The position numbers and the translations under genes are program-made. From Eutreptiella sp. 'Long Island Sound 2002' (lineage: Eukaryota; Protista; Euglenida): 64,000 nucleotides of DNA. The stretch lies in the NCBI GenBank assembly GCA_964036045.1, contig OZ038378.1, positions 37,634,001 through 37,698,000 of the forward strand. The letters are read 5' to 3'. The notes below the pieces were generated by a model that had not been told where the DNA came from, did no database searches, and saw nothing but the letters and a program-made list of their open reading frames with translations. Of this stretch, positions 11,174 to 23,573 are shown piece by piece (within the stretch, counting starts at the first letter, position 1; every line of letters starts with the position of its first letter).

Positions 11174-12430
11174 TTAGGCCTTTCGTCGTCCGGTGCGTCG
11201 CTTCTTGTCCTTTGTGCCATGCAACGCATGCCAAATCTGCAAATCCACATCAAGAGCATCAAGGTCCAGTACGTGGGTGAATGCCCGTGCACTAAAATAC
11301 AGGTGCAATATTTTACAACCTAGAAACGCATGGCGAATGTCCATCTTGAACTCCACATTCCGCCTTTCGGTGGGGATGCTAGAAAAAATATAAAAGTTGC
11401 GGTACTTAGCCGCAAACCACCTAGAATGGACACATGTCCAATGCACCCACACTATGGGTTGCCGCTGCAACGCACGCCAATCAATGGCAAAGTTTCCCAT
11501 GGCCCACCTATACGACTCCACCTCCTTATTGGTCAAACCAATCTTGTTTGACCAACACTTTTCCATATACCACAAACTAAGGAGCATGCGGTGGATGACA
11601 GCATGCAGGGGGATGCTTGTGCCGCCTACAGCCACACGCTCTTGAGGCCCCACATGGTTCGAATAAGCTACACGACTTTTTTGTGCTTGGCTTGATCTCG
11701 GGCAAACCACCTTCCCCCCGCTATATCAAAATTACCGGTCCAAAAACTTGGAAATGAAAACTTTGCCTCCATTTTCTGGGGCATGGCTCCTAGGGGGCGC
11801 ACTTAGCGCAGTGCAGCCGCACTGCAACTATTTGGGCATGTGGCCGTACTAGAGACCCATACTTTGTGATACTAGGGAGGCATCATTGTTATTTGAGAGT
11901 AGGTCTTTAGTCCTTAGTGGGCCGCGGTGTGTCCCTGATTTCGCACGGGATGTGGGCAGCTAGTTGCATCACGGATTGCACTATACTCCGTAGCAAAGGT
12001 GGGAGGGCACGGGCGTGTGAAATCCGGCCATCTGAGCATAACATTTCGAAAACTGAATTTACTATTCTACAACAACAATGCACCGTTTTGGAGACATGTG
12101 TTGGGGGTTTGGAACGGAGGAAAACCCCCCATCGGATGGAAATCAAAAAATCACTGGGACGGAGGTTGTCACCTCCAAAAACCTCGAATGCGAGGTCACA
12201 ATGCCAACAACGGCATTCAAGCTTGGTGTGCTCAACACACACAAAGGGTCGGCATCATCCAATCCATCAAACGTAAACCACATGGACCACAAACTGGGCC
12301 TCCCCATGCTGCGTGAACTACCTGCAAAGTCGATGTACACGTCCCCACGTGTGGCTGGCATAGAGTCGGATACTTGGCTAACCGGGTACCCCTGCTCACA
12401 AGATCCGGCTCCGCACACATCAGTTCAATG
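11174..12430 (-). mobile_element. Decayed RAG1/Transib-like DDE transposase (family copy 1)
   Basis: DVYIDF...WSMWFTFDGLDD, CRCWHCD, IRWGVFL, VWVHWTCVH and FSSIPTERRNVEFK all align with the 60937-63435 copy. Confidence 0.7.
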
Positions 12431-12650
12431 AAGGCTGTCACTAACAGCACTGCAGTTCAAACCCGAAATGTATGGTACAACCACTCTATGCCTGCACCTG
12501 ATTGTGCACACTTGTTATCTTTTGGATCGAAGCGCCGCGTGGGACGGTCGGCCAAGCACAGGCTCCTCACGCTCTTCACACACACTCTGGGAGGGGGTGG
12601 GTGGTACTATGGATGTAGTCGGAGCCGGCTCGAAAAAAAAATCCCAGCGC

Positions 12651-12721
12651 CGTGCCTCTGGGTCTCGAACCCACGATCTATGGCGCGGGAGTCACGCGCG
12701 TTTCCGGTATGCTATTGCCCG
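12651..12721 (-). pseudogene. tRNA-like or SINE-head-like sequence (degenerate)
   Basis: A-box-like TAGCATACCGG, 5 bp stem GCGCG/CGCGC, T-arm GGGTTCGAGACCC (12660-12672), and a T9 run just downstream. Acceptor stem pairs only 4/7 and the anticodon loop is non-canonical. Confidence 0.35.
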
Positions 12722-13689
12722 ATGTGGTTGTGTACGTGCACTCTGAAACCACCAGGAGTGCCTGTCAGCATGCGTTTCTTGGCCGCCCCCCCGGTTCTCT
12801 GCGGCCCACGACTCACATCGACCGCGTGATAGGTCGATCGCGGCGCCGTGCCGTCCGCCTCCACCACCAAAAGACCTGTGGCGCTAGTGTCACGGGTGTT
12901 TCTGGTTTGCTCCTCCCCCACACTCTGACTCTCTCTGTGCTGCTCTCCTACACACCAGACTGAGCACACTTGTTATCTTGTGGATTGCGCCCAAGCGAAG
13001 CGCAGTTTGGCAAGGTTGGGCAAGCTCAGTTCCCTCACTCAGCAGTTGTGCAAAAATATATCCTACCAAACGATACCCGAGTATTCAACAATCACAAGAC
13101 CTATACAAGACATGTCGGGCCGCCCCATCTCAGGCCGCCCCGGGTCTCAAACCACCGCCCCCCAGGCCATGGGTGCAGCACACTACGGATAAGCTATGAC
13201 GACTGTGACCGTCTCTGCCCCCCCCCCCCCCCCGCAAAGTGCAATTGTCGCCAGTTCATACAATGGATTCGGGATGGTCGGTGCATCCCACCCACAGTCG
13301 GGTTAGAACCCTCCCCTGGGGGGCGGACGTGCCGTGCACCCCAACTATGCTACGAGGACAATGGGGGATAGGGGTGTGCCGTGTCATGCAGCGCCCTTGC
13401 GCCGCTTGGGACTCAGAACCAAAAACCGCGACAAAAAAGCCTCATACACATCAACTGGGAAGTCTTATCAACTGGGAAGTCGCCCCCCGAGTCGGTCGTG
13501 CAGCTTTCCCCACTCCCCGACACAGCGTGCAGAGAGTGGTCGCTGGCCTCCTCCCCATCTGACACAGTCAAGACTGACAGTTCTCTGGTCAGATCTGCCT
13601 CAACCTCTAAAAAGACCCAGGAATTCTCTGCTGGCACTGGTGTGTGCCCCTTCTCCCCTCTGTGCACCCGCACTCTCTTCACACTAGGC

Positions 13690-14160
13690 CCAAAGTTGTG
13701 GGGTGGCTGCAACCTCCCATTCTCCGCCTCCCGATCGGCTCCATCATTACCCTCCAGCCCAACGTGTGAGGGCACCCAGAAAAAGGTGGCGTTCTACTGA
13801 TGTGATCGGAGGAGGTCCAATACAAGCATCCGCAGATCTACATGTTTGATTTTCCACCCTGCCCTCTCCCACCTCAACAACCGCTCTGTGAGTCCCAAAA
13901 AGACCTACTCACTATCCATGACAATCGCCACACGTCCCCCCTGGGGTAGGGTTTGCAACATATGGAGCACCGCCCTTAACTCACCGCAATTGTTGGACTG
14001 TAATTCACACTGCGGCACTGGCGCCGAATAGTAGCGGAAATACCCCTCCCCATAGAAAACACCGAACCCTGCTTGGTCCCACACCCGGACTCGCTTGGAC
14101 GAGCCATCTTTGAAGGCAATGGCCACTCCGTCCCCTTGCAGCCGCTGGAGCCGCTCCATG
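13690..14160 (-). pseudogene. Type I RNase H domain, likely from a second decayed non-LTR retrotransposon (~13000-15350)
   Basis: FKDGSS, AGFGVFYG, QSNNCGELRAVL, IVMDSE, WERAGWKIKHVDL, WVPSHVGLEGNDGADREA. Internal stops present. Confidence 0.8.
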
Positions 14161-17072
14161 GTTGTCGCTACATGTGCCGCGTACTTCGCTTGTTTTCACT
14201 CGTGACGTGTCTGTGGTGGTAAGGACACTACAGGCCTCGGCCCCTTTGGGTTGTGCCACCAATTACCTAAAATCCTATGCTCCATCCATTTGTTTAAAGA
14301 GTGCAACGGCTTAACATCAAATCGCGGCACCGTGGGACTCGGGTGCGAGAGCCACAACTCCAACTTGGCAATCCAAGCCGCCACCAAATCAAACTGTGTA
14401 ACCGGCTGCTGTTAGAAGGCATACCGACGGCACGGCAACCAAAAGGTCGATAGACCTGAGAGGGATATCAAGCACTAAGTGGTCGTCAATAAAAGGTGTG
14501 GGGACGTACGCCACAGACTCACAACCGGCACCAGTGATCCACTCGCATCTGACCCCTTGCCATATGTACGCTCCACCGCGGAGTGCACAAAGACGCTGTG
14601 TAAGCAGCCCATACAGAAGTGGTCGTGGTCTCTCAAACGGGCAGGCATCCAAGCGGGTAAGGGGCTGCATCCGTGCCGCATTGTAGCTTCTTCCACAGGA
14701 GTCTGTGCACAAACTCTCAATCCCATCTCGGGATACTCAGTTTGCGAAAAGCCCCCCACACTGGTTGTGACTGTACTGTCCGTAACCCTCAATCCCTTGC
14801 AACAGCTCTGAGCATGTGCTGCTTAGCCCAGGCACGGGCCAATGATCCCATGTTGCACGAGGCCCCCGTGGCCCACACCTCTGTCCCCGCATAGAAGCGC
14901 AGCAGTCAGTCAACACCGCCGGCATATGCAGTTCGGAATGTCGGCGTCAGCGGGCTCAAGTCACCCGTTGAAATAATACCATAGCATACCAAACGGCCTC
15001 GGGTGCAGGTGCCGCCCTGCAGGTGCCACGTGCATGCATTGGTGGCCCCGCGGGTATTGTGAAAGAGCACGTTATGCCACACCCCCATCTCCTGAATCCG
15101 GTTCTTGGGGGGGGGGGGGGGCACTTGCCTTCCCCAAAAGGGGTGGCATCCCCACAAATGACAATACGAAACTTTGGAGGTACACGGCCTTGGGGTTGTG
15201 CCTTGTAGTGCAACTTCACACGTTGCCCCAGCGGAGGTTCAAGAGGGCCCCGCAACGAGCCCGACCCCCACTGGGCTTGAACCCCACTGGTTTCGACCGG
15301 TAGGGGTTGAGGGCTTGGCGTACCCGTCGTAGGGTGGACCACCTACATGTCCTCGGGAGTTTGTGCAAATTGCGAACAGAAATTTTCATCCTTCGGAACT
15401 AGCCCACCAACGAAACAGCCTCCTCCTCACTCTCATCGCAGTCCTCAAACTGCCCGTATAGCCGCAGGGTGTGGTGCGCCTTGTTGTGGGTGATGATCCG
15501 GGTGGGTTCCCGCAAAATCGCCGTAGCGGCTTTCTGTTGCATACGCGAGCGCTCATGGCGCCATCGGTTAGACAAAGTCCGACTAGGTGCCAAGTGGAGC
15601 TTGGCGACACTAGAGCGCAGGGTGTCAAGAATCTGGGACACGTTGCTAGAGGCCATTTCCTGTCAACAAACAATGCAACGCAATGCAGCCATCCACCACA
15701 CCCAAAGCCATGCTCACAAACCAGGTTCAAGATAGGGCACGAAGACAAGGTTCGTAACAGGGAGCTATCCCATGACAGGTTAGCAAGACACGTCCAACGA
15801 CACGGGGTCTGTCGCCGGACAACCACCCTACCTCACTACCTGTTTTGGTAACTTGTCTTGAGACAAACCCCCTGTCGTGTACCCTGCCTCGGTATCTTGA
15901 CGTGCCATCTCATTACTTGCCCCCCGTCCTTCGTTATCGGTTGTTGTAGCACAGCCAAACCTTCGCCCCCCCCCCCCCCCCCAACCGCCCTGCATTACTG
16001 TGGCAGACACCCCTCCTCCGTTCCATTGCATGGTGCATCCATTGTGGCATTATAATCCCGTTCCTCATTTGCAGATAGCAACTCACGACAAAGGTACAGT
16101 TCATATTGCTTCTGTGGTCTTTGAAAAAAATGAGCACCATGGCACAACGAATTTTCCCATGAACTGGCCATCAAGCTACGTCCGCGACAAAAGGAAATCA
16201 ATGAATATCAAGCCCACACAATGGTGCCAAGTCATGTTGACCAAGTGATACAAATTAAAAGCGGGTCCACACATTGAAAGTGGCGCACACTTGGTGCGAC
16301 TCATTTATACTTGGACCTGTGCATTGGCAGCCCCCCCCCCCTTCGGTTCAAGGAGAGGGTTGGTGCACTCCCTATATTGTAAAGAGCCTGCTAGGACGCC
16401 CCAAAAGGAGGTGAAGGCAAGGAAATCCTGGGGGAAAGGGGACGGTGCCAATGATAAAAATACCCAAAAGGGACAACCTTGCGTCAGAGTGGATTGGCCT
16501 TATTGGGACTGTGATTGGGACTAGGCCGAACTGCTCTTCGCTGCCGTGGACTAGTAAAGCTCCCGCCACTGTGTTGTTATCTCCTCCTGTGCCTCGAGTT
16601 GCGTTTTCAGGCTGTCACCCTAGCTCTGTCCCTAGGCCAGCCGGCCTTCGAGCTCCACCCGCGGCGCCTTCTCTTGGTTGACTTGCACCTTGAGGTCCGA
16701 AACCTCCACCCCAGCTCTGCTCCAGCGCTTCCTACAAAGGGACAGTGGCCTCTGCTTGGCGCGCTCCCAAAAACTGCCTCCTTCAAGGCACTTCGTACTT
16801 CTTCTTGAGCGCATGGACCTCCGTGGCGCGTGTCTCCTTCAGCGCCTTGATCTCCGTGGACGCAGCCCCCTTCGAGGAGCGTGGTGATTGCTCTGCCCTT
16901 GCGTCGCTCCTCGCCGACGACACCAGCTCCTCCAAGAGGCCTCTGGTGGTTTTCCGAGCTTCCGGGCGGTGTACGTCTCATTCCGAATCACCTGTGTCTT
17001 GGGCCTCGGACTTCCCCGACTTGACTTGCACCGCCTCTCGTTCCCATGCCCAGAAGTCATTATCCAAAGACA

Positions 17073-17097
17073 CTTAGGCGTCACAAGTTGCCCACCC
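17073..17097 (+). repeat. Left TIR of copy 1
   Basis: CTTAGGCGTCACAAGTTGCCCACCC; its reverse complement matches 23574-23598 with one mismatch. Confidence 0.9.
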
Positions 17098-17496
17098 CCC
17101 ACCTGGCGCCATGGCCCACGGAAGTCCATGTTGTAATGAGGGGAAAAGTATGTGGAAAGGGGTGTTTTTTTTTGGGTATCCAAACCCCCCTGGTGGCAAC
17201 ATGCAAAAACAAGGTGTGTATTTCAAATATATGCCATTATTTGCATTTGTGGAAACACACAGATTTTCAAAATAAAGACATTCAATCACCAAAATATAGT
17301 GTTGTTTTACATTTAGACCACTGCATTCCAGTGTGGGGGGGGTGGGGGGGCTGCCTATTTTTCTCTCCCCTTTGTTCGAGCTTGATCACAGAACCCCCCT
17401 ATACACCACAGATGAGGGAACCCCAAACATACCTTTCATTGAAGCACACAGAAAACTATCCCAAAGCATGTACTTGTATTTCCTATTTTAACCAAC

Positions 17497-17820
17497 CTGG
17501 CCGAAATTTCGGCCAGCTCTTCGAAAAATGTCCAAACACATGGTCCTATTTGACAGACAGGCCTAAGCTGGCCGAAATTTCGGCCAAGTCCATCGAAACT
17601 CCGAATATGATCACTGAAATGGGTACCTAAGACAGTAGACATGAGCAAGGAACACAGGAGCAGTGACATTTGAACAGGGTGTGCAACATAATATACTCAA
17701 TTACAAGCAAATACTTGCCACCTGACGAATCAAAGCAGACTTTTGCAGTGCCTAAGGGGAAACACAATAATAAAAGGCTGAAGAGGCTGAGGACTGCATG
17801 CTGGCCGAAATTTCGGCCAG
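17497..17820. repeat. Three GGCCGAAATTTCGGCC palindromes downstream of the cargo gene
   Basis: Cores at 17499, 17570 and 17803. Confidence 0.95.
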
Positions 17821-17859
17821 ACTTCATACTGACAGGCAATATGAGCAGCAGGACTGGCG

Positions 17860-20442
17860 TTAGCGCTTGCGCTGACCAGATGCACGGGGCTTCTTAGCAC
17901 CTGTGTTAGCAGGAGGCTTGGCAGGGGCTGCAGCACCAGGCTTGGCAGTGGCAGAGTTCTGTGACTGTGTGGTTCCACCCTGGGATGGTGAAAAATGATT
18001 CACAAAAGTATTCATACCTTTGCCAGTAGGGGCAATAGTGCCTAGGGAGGAAGCTGGGGTGGCCTGAGCGCACTGCGTGCCACTGGGTGAGGGGACAGGG
18101 GCAGTTTTGGGTTTCCTCTTTGGAGTGTGTGTCTCTGGTTGCGACTCTGCCTCCCCATCTTGCTCCTCAGGATCCTCATCTACATACCTAACCCCAGAAC
18201 AATCCACAGGAAAACCTGCCCCCAAGTCGTGGTACACATCCTCCCATGACTTGGGGGGGCACGTGTCGGCGTTGGTGATAGCTGCTCTGATGGACTGAAC
18301 AAACTCATCAGGCACAACAATCTCCTCACCCAAAAGGGCACACACAACATTACAGTCCTTGGAAAACCTGGTAGACATCATGCTTGCAAAATACACAGAC
18401 AGAGTCCCCAGCAAAAACCAGTTGCCTGCCTGTTCTGGGACCGGAACCAGGCTAAAAAGAAATGAGAATATCTCAACACGCATCACAGACGACATGGGTC
18501 CTTCAGTAAAAGCCACGTAACGGGGCAGCCTGTTATCAAAGGCAGTGGCAGAACAAATGGAAACCACATGGGACGTAGAAGTGTACAGCGGGGTCTTGCT
18601 TGACAAATTGTAAATTGCAACATCACACTGATACATATCCTCAGCCACAGTGGCCTTCAAAGCAGCCACAGTGGCTTTCACATCAGCAGACTCACCCGCA
18701 ATGAACACAGGCACACCGGACAAAAGCAGCTGCGCAACCAAGTTATGCAAACTAGCTGTATAGAGGCGGGGCACCTCAATGACACAAGCAGCAAAGGGCA
18801 GTGAACTAATGATACTGGGAACAGAGACTCCACAACGCATTGCCATCAGTTCCACATGGCGTGACTCTGCAATGAGTTTGCCTGTGCTTGACTCAACCAG
18901 GGACTCCCTAGCACACTGGATACTGACCAGACCAGTATCAGATTTTTTACAAACAGGCTTAGCAACAGGCTTCTGCAACAATCCCCGCAACCCCTCATAT
19001 TTGGGTTCCTTCCAAAGAGGGGGCTTAATTACTGCTGACCACGGGGGCCAGGGGTTTTCTTCAGTCCAGGTCCAACTGCCATAGGCTACCTTCAGGTGTG
19101 ATGCAATAGCGCACTGCCTTTTGGCCATCTCGATAGTACCAAGTGTAGCTGCAGACAGGTGGTGTCACAGGGTGGGCTCCTATTGTGCATTAATTGAACG
19201 ACACACAAGCTGGCCGAAATTTCGGGCAAGTCGGTCGATTTATTCGAATACAAACCCCTGTTTGACCAAAAAATACCTCTGGTGTTGTTCACAAGCCCAT
19301 TCGTAACCGCCTCGGGATGAAGAATGTGCCAGGACCACATCTGGGCCTTTTGAACATCTTTTATAATTTTTTTGAGACCAGGTAGGGTACTTTTTGTCCC
19401 ATCCATGTAACTTACGATGTCGCGAAGTCGGTCAGGCGTGATGCCTTCCACTTCCTTGAACGTACCCAGTGCGGGATGTAGTCCACGCTTTTCCATGGCT
19501 GCCATGGCGTCTACTGAAGCAATACCCACAAATTTCAGCAAACGCCCAACGCCACCCCACCGTTTGGCAACAGCACTCTGCACAGGAGAACATGTGGAAC
19601 ACAGACTCTGGCCGAAATTTCGGCCACGTCGATCGACAAAACCGAATTAATAAACGAAACACACCACAGTGCCTTCCTCGGCAGTAACACCACACTCTTC
19701 AAGCATAACAGTAATGTGATGGTACAGGGTGTACTCATTGGCATCCTCATCCTCAAGCCTATCCAGGAGTAGGGACATTCGCTCCGATGTGGTGGATGCT
19801 GAGCCAGCAGTGGTCTGGATTTGATGTAAGCCTGCAAGCCGGCGCCTAGTCCGCCTAGTCCTGTTTGACTTCATAACCACCAAATACCAGGGTCCAATCC
19901 GGAGTCTCCATATTTTTCATCTCAAATTCGGTCTTGTGTTTATGGTTAGCAGTGTAAACATGCTGACCCCCCAACAGAACCCAGCGCGTGGCTGTGCAAC
20001 AGGAATATTCGTAACAGCAGGGTCGAAAAATCAGACGCGAAAACGATACTATCGAGAACAATACCACAACACACATACGAGTGACTTTATAAAAAAGAAG
20101 ATCCTGGATGTAATCCACAGGCGGGGCTGCCTTCAGATCGTCGTAGCGGCGTTGCACGCGATCATCCGAAATCCTACGGACCTGCCCAAATTTTCGGTCG
20201 TGGTCGATAATAATCTGATCCCACCGAACCTTTATTTTCGTCGTTGACGTAACCCAGTCGGATAACTTGATGGAGGATGATGAATTTTTCTTTGGTGCGG
20301 CCTTAGGCTTCTTTTGAAGTCCCTCTGTGCTCGCCTGGTCCTCTTGAGACTGGGATTGCACTTGAGATTGCCCATTGTCTGCTGCAGGCTCACCATTTGG
20401 CGAAACAGCCATGTCCTGTGATACCCCTCCAGGCTCAGTCAT
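17860..20442 (-). CDS. Four-exon cargo protein (~760 aa): ParB/Srx-like N-terminal domain, helical region, putative degenerate MTase-like fold, basic tail; one frameshift near 19850
   Basis: Exons 20442-20079, 19991-19665, 19577-19277 and 19148-17860. GT-AG introns at 20078-19992, 19664-19578 and 19276-19149, in positions shared with copy 2. GQVRRISDDRV...WVLLGGQHVYTA motif. Ends AKKPRASGQRKR*. Confidence 0.75.
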
Positions 20443-20561
20443 AAAATAAAGGGCTGCAGGGCAACATTTCATGAAGGGGAGAGTTCCCAGATAGCAAATA
20501 ACAAGCACGGATCAACCAAAAAAGGACCAAAACGGACTGCCTGACAGGAAAATCGGATAAC

Positions 20562-20718
20562 CTGGCCGAAATTTCGGCCAGCACTGCTCTGCATGTCAAA
20601 CCACTGTGTACAAATACCATTCTGAGAGGCTGGCCGAAATTTCGGCCAGAACCTTATGTCATTTGTGTTCTGGGGGTAGCCATATGACAAAACAACAAGT
20701 CTCGCCAAAATTTCGGCA
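20562..20718. repeat. Intergenic palindromes between transposase and cargo genes
   Basis: Cores at 20564 and 20632; a variant at 20703. Confidence 0.9.
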
Positions 20719-20812
20719 AGAAAAACATGAAACAGCAAATAGACACACCAAAATCACTGGCAATGCGTGGCAGAACCCATACCACAGTGACAAACACAGC
20801 TGCAAACAGAAA

Positions 20813-23022
20813 TCAGTCCCAGTCCTGGGTATCCACACCGATGTGTTCCGCCTCATCTAGGGCTTCAAAGGAGGCAACGCTGTCTGCATCACAATCAATA
20901 TCCTGGTCACTATCACAAGAGTCGACAGCAATGGAATCATCAGGGGCGGGGGGGGGTTATGGGCGGGGGGGGGTCGGGGGGGGTACTGGGGGGCCTCTGG
21001 CTCGGGGCTTCGGGGGTGGCTTTGGGGGCAAGGCAATTCCACCAGGAGCAGCAGCAGCAGCAGCAGGCGGTGCACGGTTGGCAGCGCAAATAGAAGCATG
21101 TGCAGTACGCAACACCCCTTGCTCGGCAGCAGTGCGGGCAGGTGCATTTGTTCGTAAAAAATCCTCAACACCCTCAGGAACCCTGATACGCGCAACCAGA
21201 TTTTGCGTTGCATGCAACAGAACCACTTTTAAACGGTCTGTGGTGATTCGTGTCCTAGACATGGTACCGGGGAACGTCAAATCTTCAACTGCATCCAGTC
21301 TTCTCACCTCAACTTTATAGTCCGGAACGGGAACACAAATGGGCAGGCTCTGTGTATGGGCTGTAAAGATGAATTGTTTAAGATTGGCAGAGAACATTGC
21401 CACGGATCTCTTAGTCAGCACACCACGCAAAACTTTCTCTCCCGGTTGGACAAGGAAAGTTTCAGAAAGAAATCAGACGACTGTTGGACACTAGTACAGG
21501 CAGTGTTGCGGCGACAGTGGGCTGAGAACCGACTCAGAAGTGCCTCACCCAGCTCCTCAAAGTGGATACACCCTAGGGAGGCGGAATGCCACTGACTCCA
21601 AAACAAAAGAGCAACAGCGGTGGTTTTCACATACTCCGTGGTTAACTGTTCCTCCGGCTTTAGGATGTTCAGCATGAGCAGTAGGGACATCTCAAGTGCC
21701 TGCTTAGCTACAATACCGGAACCTGCCCCCCGTCCCTCCCAGTTGCACTCACGAACCAAAGTCCCAATGCTGAAAGCAGCTGGACAGTATGTGTACAGCA
21801 AAGCCTTAAGGGCTAATAACATACGCAAACCCTTGCGCTGAATGGGTGTCAAGTCCCGCTGGCTATTGAGCAAGGAAGTGACGCGCTCATCTAGTCTGCC
21901 TCTATTGGACGATGTGGCTAGCATGAGTCCAAGCAACGTCTTCTCCATATGGATGACCTTGACCTTGCGAGGGAGGATAGACCCAACCTGAAGGGTGTTC
22001 GCCTGCTCCAAAAACTTAATGAACGGCAGGAACGCCCTGTAGATCAATTCAACGCAATACTTATAGCTATGCCATACTCCGTACACCAAAGGAAAACCCA
22101 ACAGTAATTGTGGTACATTCCAGGGAACATAAGCAGCACCATAACACAGCTTAAGTAGGGCAAAGTGTATTTTCATGTCCACAAGCAGCGGAACACAGTG
22201 TCTGGTGCGGTGTTCCACACATGACAAATCAACCACGAGTAGCAAAAGCTCTTTGTGTGTGCCGGAGCGGAGCTCAGACAGGAAAAAGGGTCTCCAGTTG
22301 AGGGAACGGACATTTTTTCTGGCAATATCCAAAGGAGCACGAGCCCAAACTCTCTGAATACCTTGGTTGGCAGCATCAATACGATCAAACATTGCTCTAT
22401 GTGAGCGAAAGATGTCATCAACAACCTTTGGTACCCTGGCCTCAATTTCAGCCAGCTCTGGCAGACCCCGGTATGCAGGTAGGGCAGAAGTGTGCAAACC
22501 AGCAACAGCTGTACAGTTTAGGGTTAAGTCGGGTGAATGGGGATCAGCTCCCGACCTGTAACGCCTCAGGTTATCAAACCATATACAAACTTGCCTACGG
22601 TGCATGGTGTTCCACAAGTTGTGTGCTGCTGGTCCACCAAGATGGTGAATGGACTCCTGCTTAGTGTTACACTGACCAAGGACTCCTACCTTACGGCGTT
22701 GGCGGCGGGACATAATACCCCAGTTGTAACCAGACCCAGTGTTAGAGTATGGGAGGGCCATACGGCGCAGCAGGCAGTATAGAGCATGGAACTGTGACAA
22801 AAATGTCATGTACCATCGTGGGGGCTTCTTCTCAGTGGCGGCAGCCTTCAACTGTGTCACGCAGTGCCAGCTCCTGCGATTCTTTCGCAACAAGAGGCAG
22901 AATTGCAAAGGCTTTTGCAGAGTCCCACCACGTAATGCATTTCGCAACAGCCTTCTGGCTGTAGTAGCAAAAGCACCAGTAACTGCACCATGTACAACAT
23001 TGACAGTAATAGCAGAAGACAT
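20813..23022 (-). CDS. DDE transposase, Academ/DUF6589-like (~735 aa; frameshifts near 21440 and in the poly-G near 20960)
   Basis: WFDN (D at 22573), LLVDMKIH (D at 22177), VYGVWHSYKY, TEYVKTTAVALLFW, FEELGEALLSR (~21544-21558), then Pro-rich and acidic tails. Copy 4 is open across the 21440 frameshift. Confidence 0.7.
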
Positions 23023-23093
23023 TAATGCTGAGACAAGAAAACAGTTATGTAGGAGTGTATGGTGTAATACTCATGAACAACGACAATTGCAAG

Positions 23094-23394
23094 CTGGCCG
23101 AAATTTCGGCCAGGTGTGTTCAAAGGGGAAATCGTTGCTTAAATGTTCAAAAATAGGAAAAGCTGGCCGAAATTTCGGCCAGACCGCCCAAAAACCAGAT
23201 TTTGAGTGCTTGAATAGTGAACAGACCAAAAAGCTGGCTGAAATTTCGGCCAGCCCTAAGAAAAACGAAAATAACTATGCCTATTCACCAGGAAACCAAA
23301 AAGCTGGCCCAAATTTCGGCCAGAAGGGTCAAAAACTGCATATACACATAGTTGTTTGCAATGTTACCCAAAACCTGGCCGAAATTTCGGCCAG
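23094..23394. repeat. Array of five palindromes at ~70 bp spacing upstream of the transposase
   Basis: Cores at 23096, 23165, 23236, 23306 and 23377 (spacing 69, 71, 70, 71 bp). Confidence 0.95.
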
Positions 23395-23573
23395 CTTCGG
23401 AAAAACGTCAAATACAACACACTAGAAGACGGGGATACACAGACTAACACATCAACACGTATTTGAACGGGTGTCACACAGCTCTGCCAACAACTTTGGT
23501 CACATACGTCAAATAACATACTCAAAGTAGAAATGTAGAATGTTGTCAAATCGCGCGTATACGGGGTCCTAGA

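Noticed and set aside
12627-12645. TTTTTTTTTCG as a euglenid spliced-leader remnant
   Set aside because: The upstream sequence does not match the SL exon; it is better read as a Pol III-type T run.
23094-23394. CRISPR-like appearance (palindromic repeat with ~50 bp unique spacers)
   Set aside because: The context is a eukaryotic transposon with no cas genes, and the repeats are only 16-20 bp. The spacers are orthologous between copies 1 and 4 rather than independently acquired.
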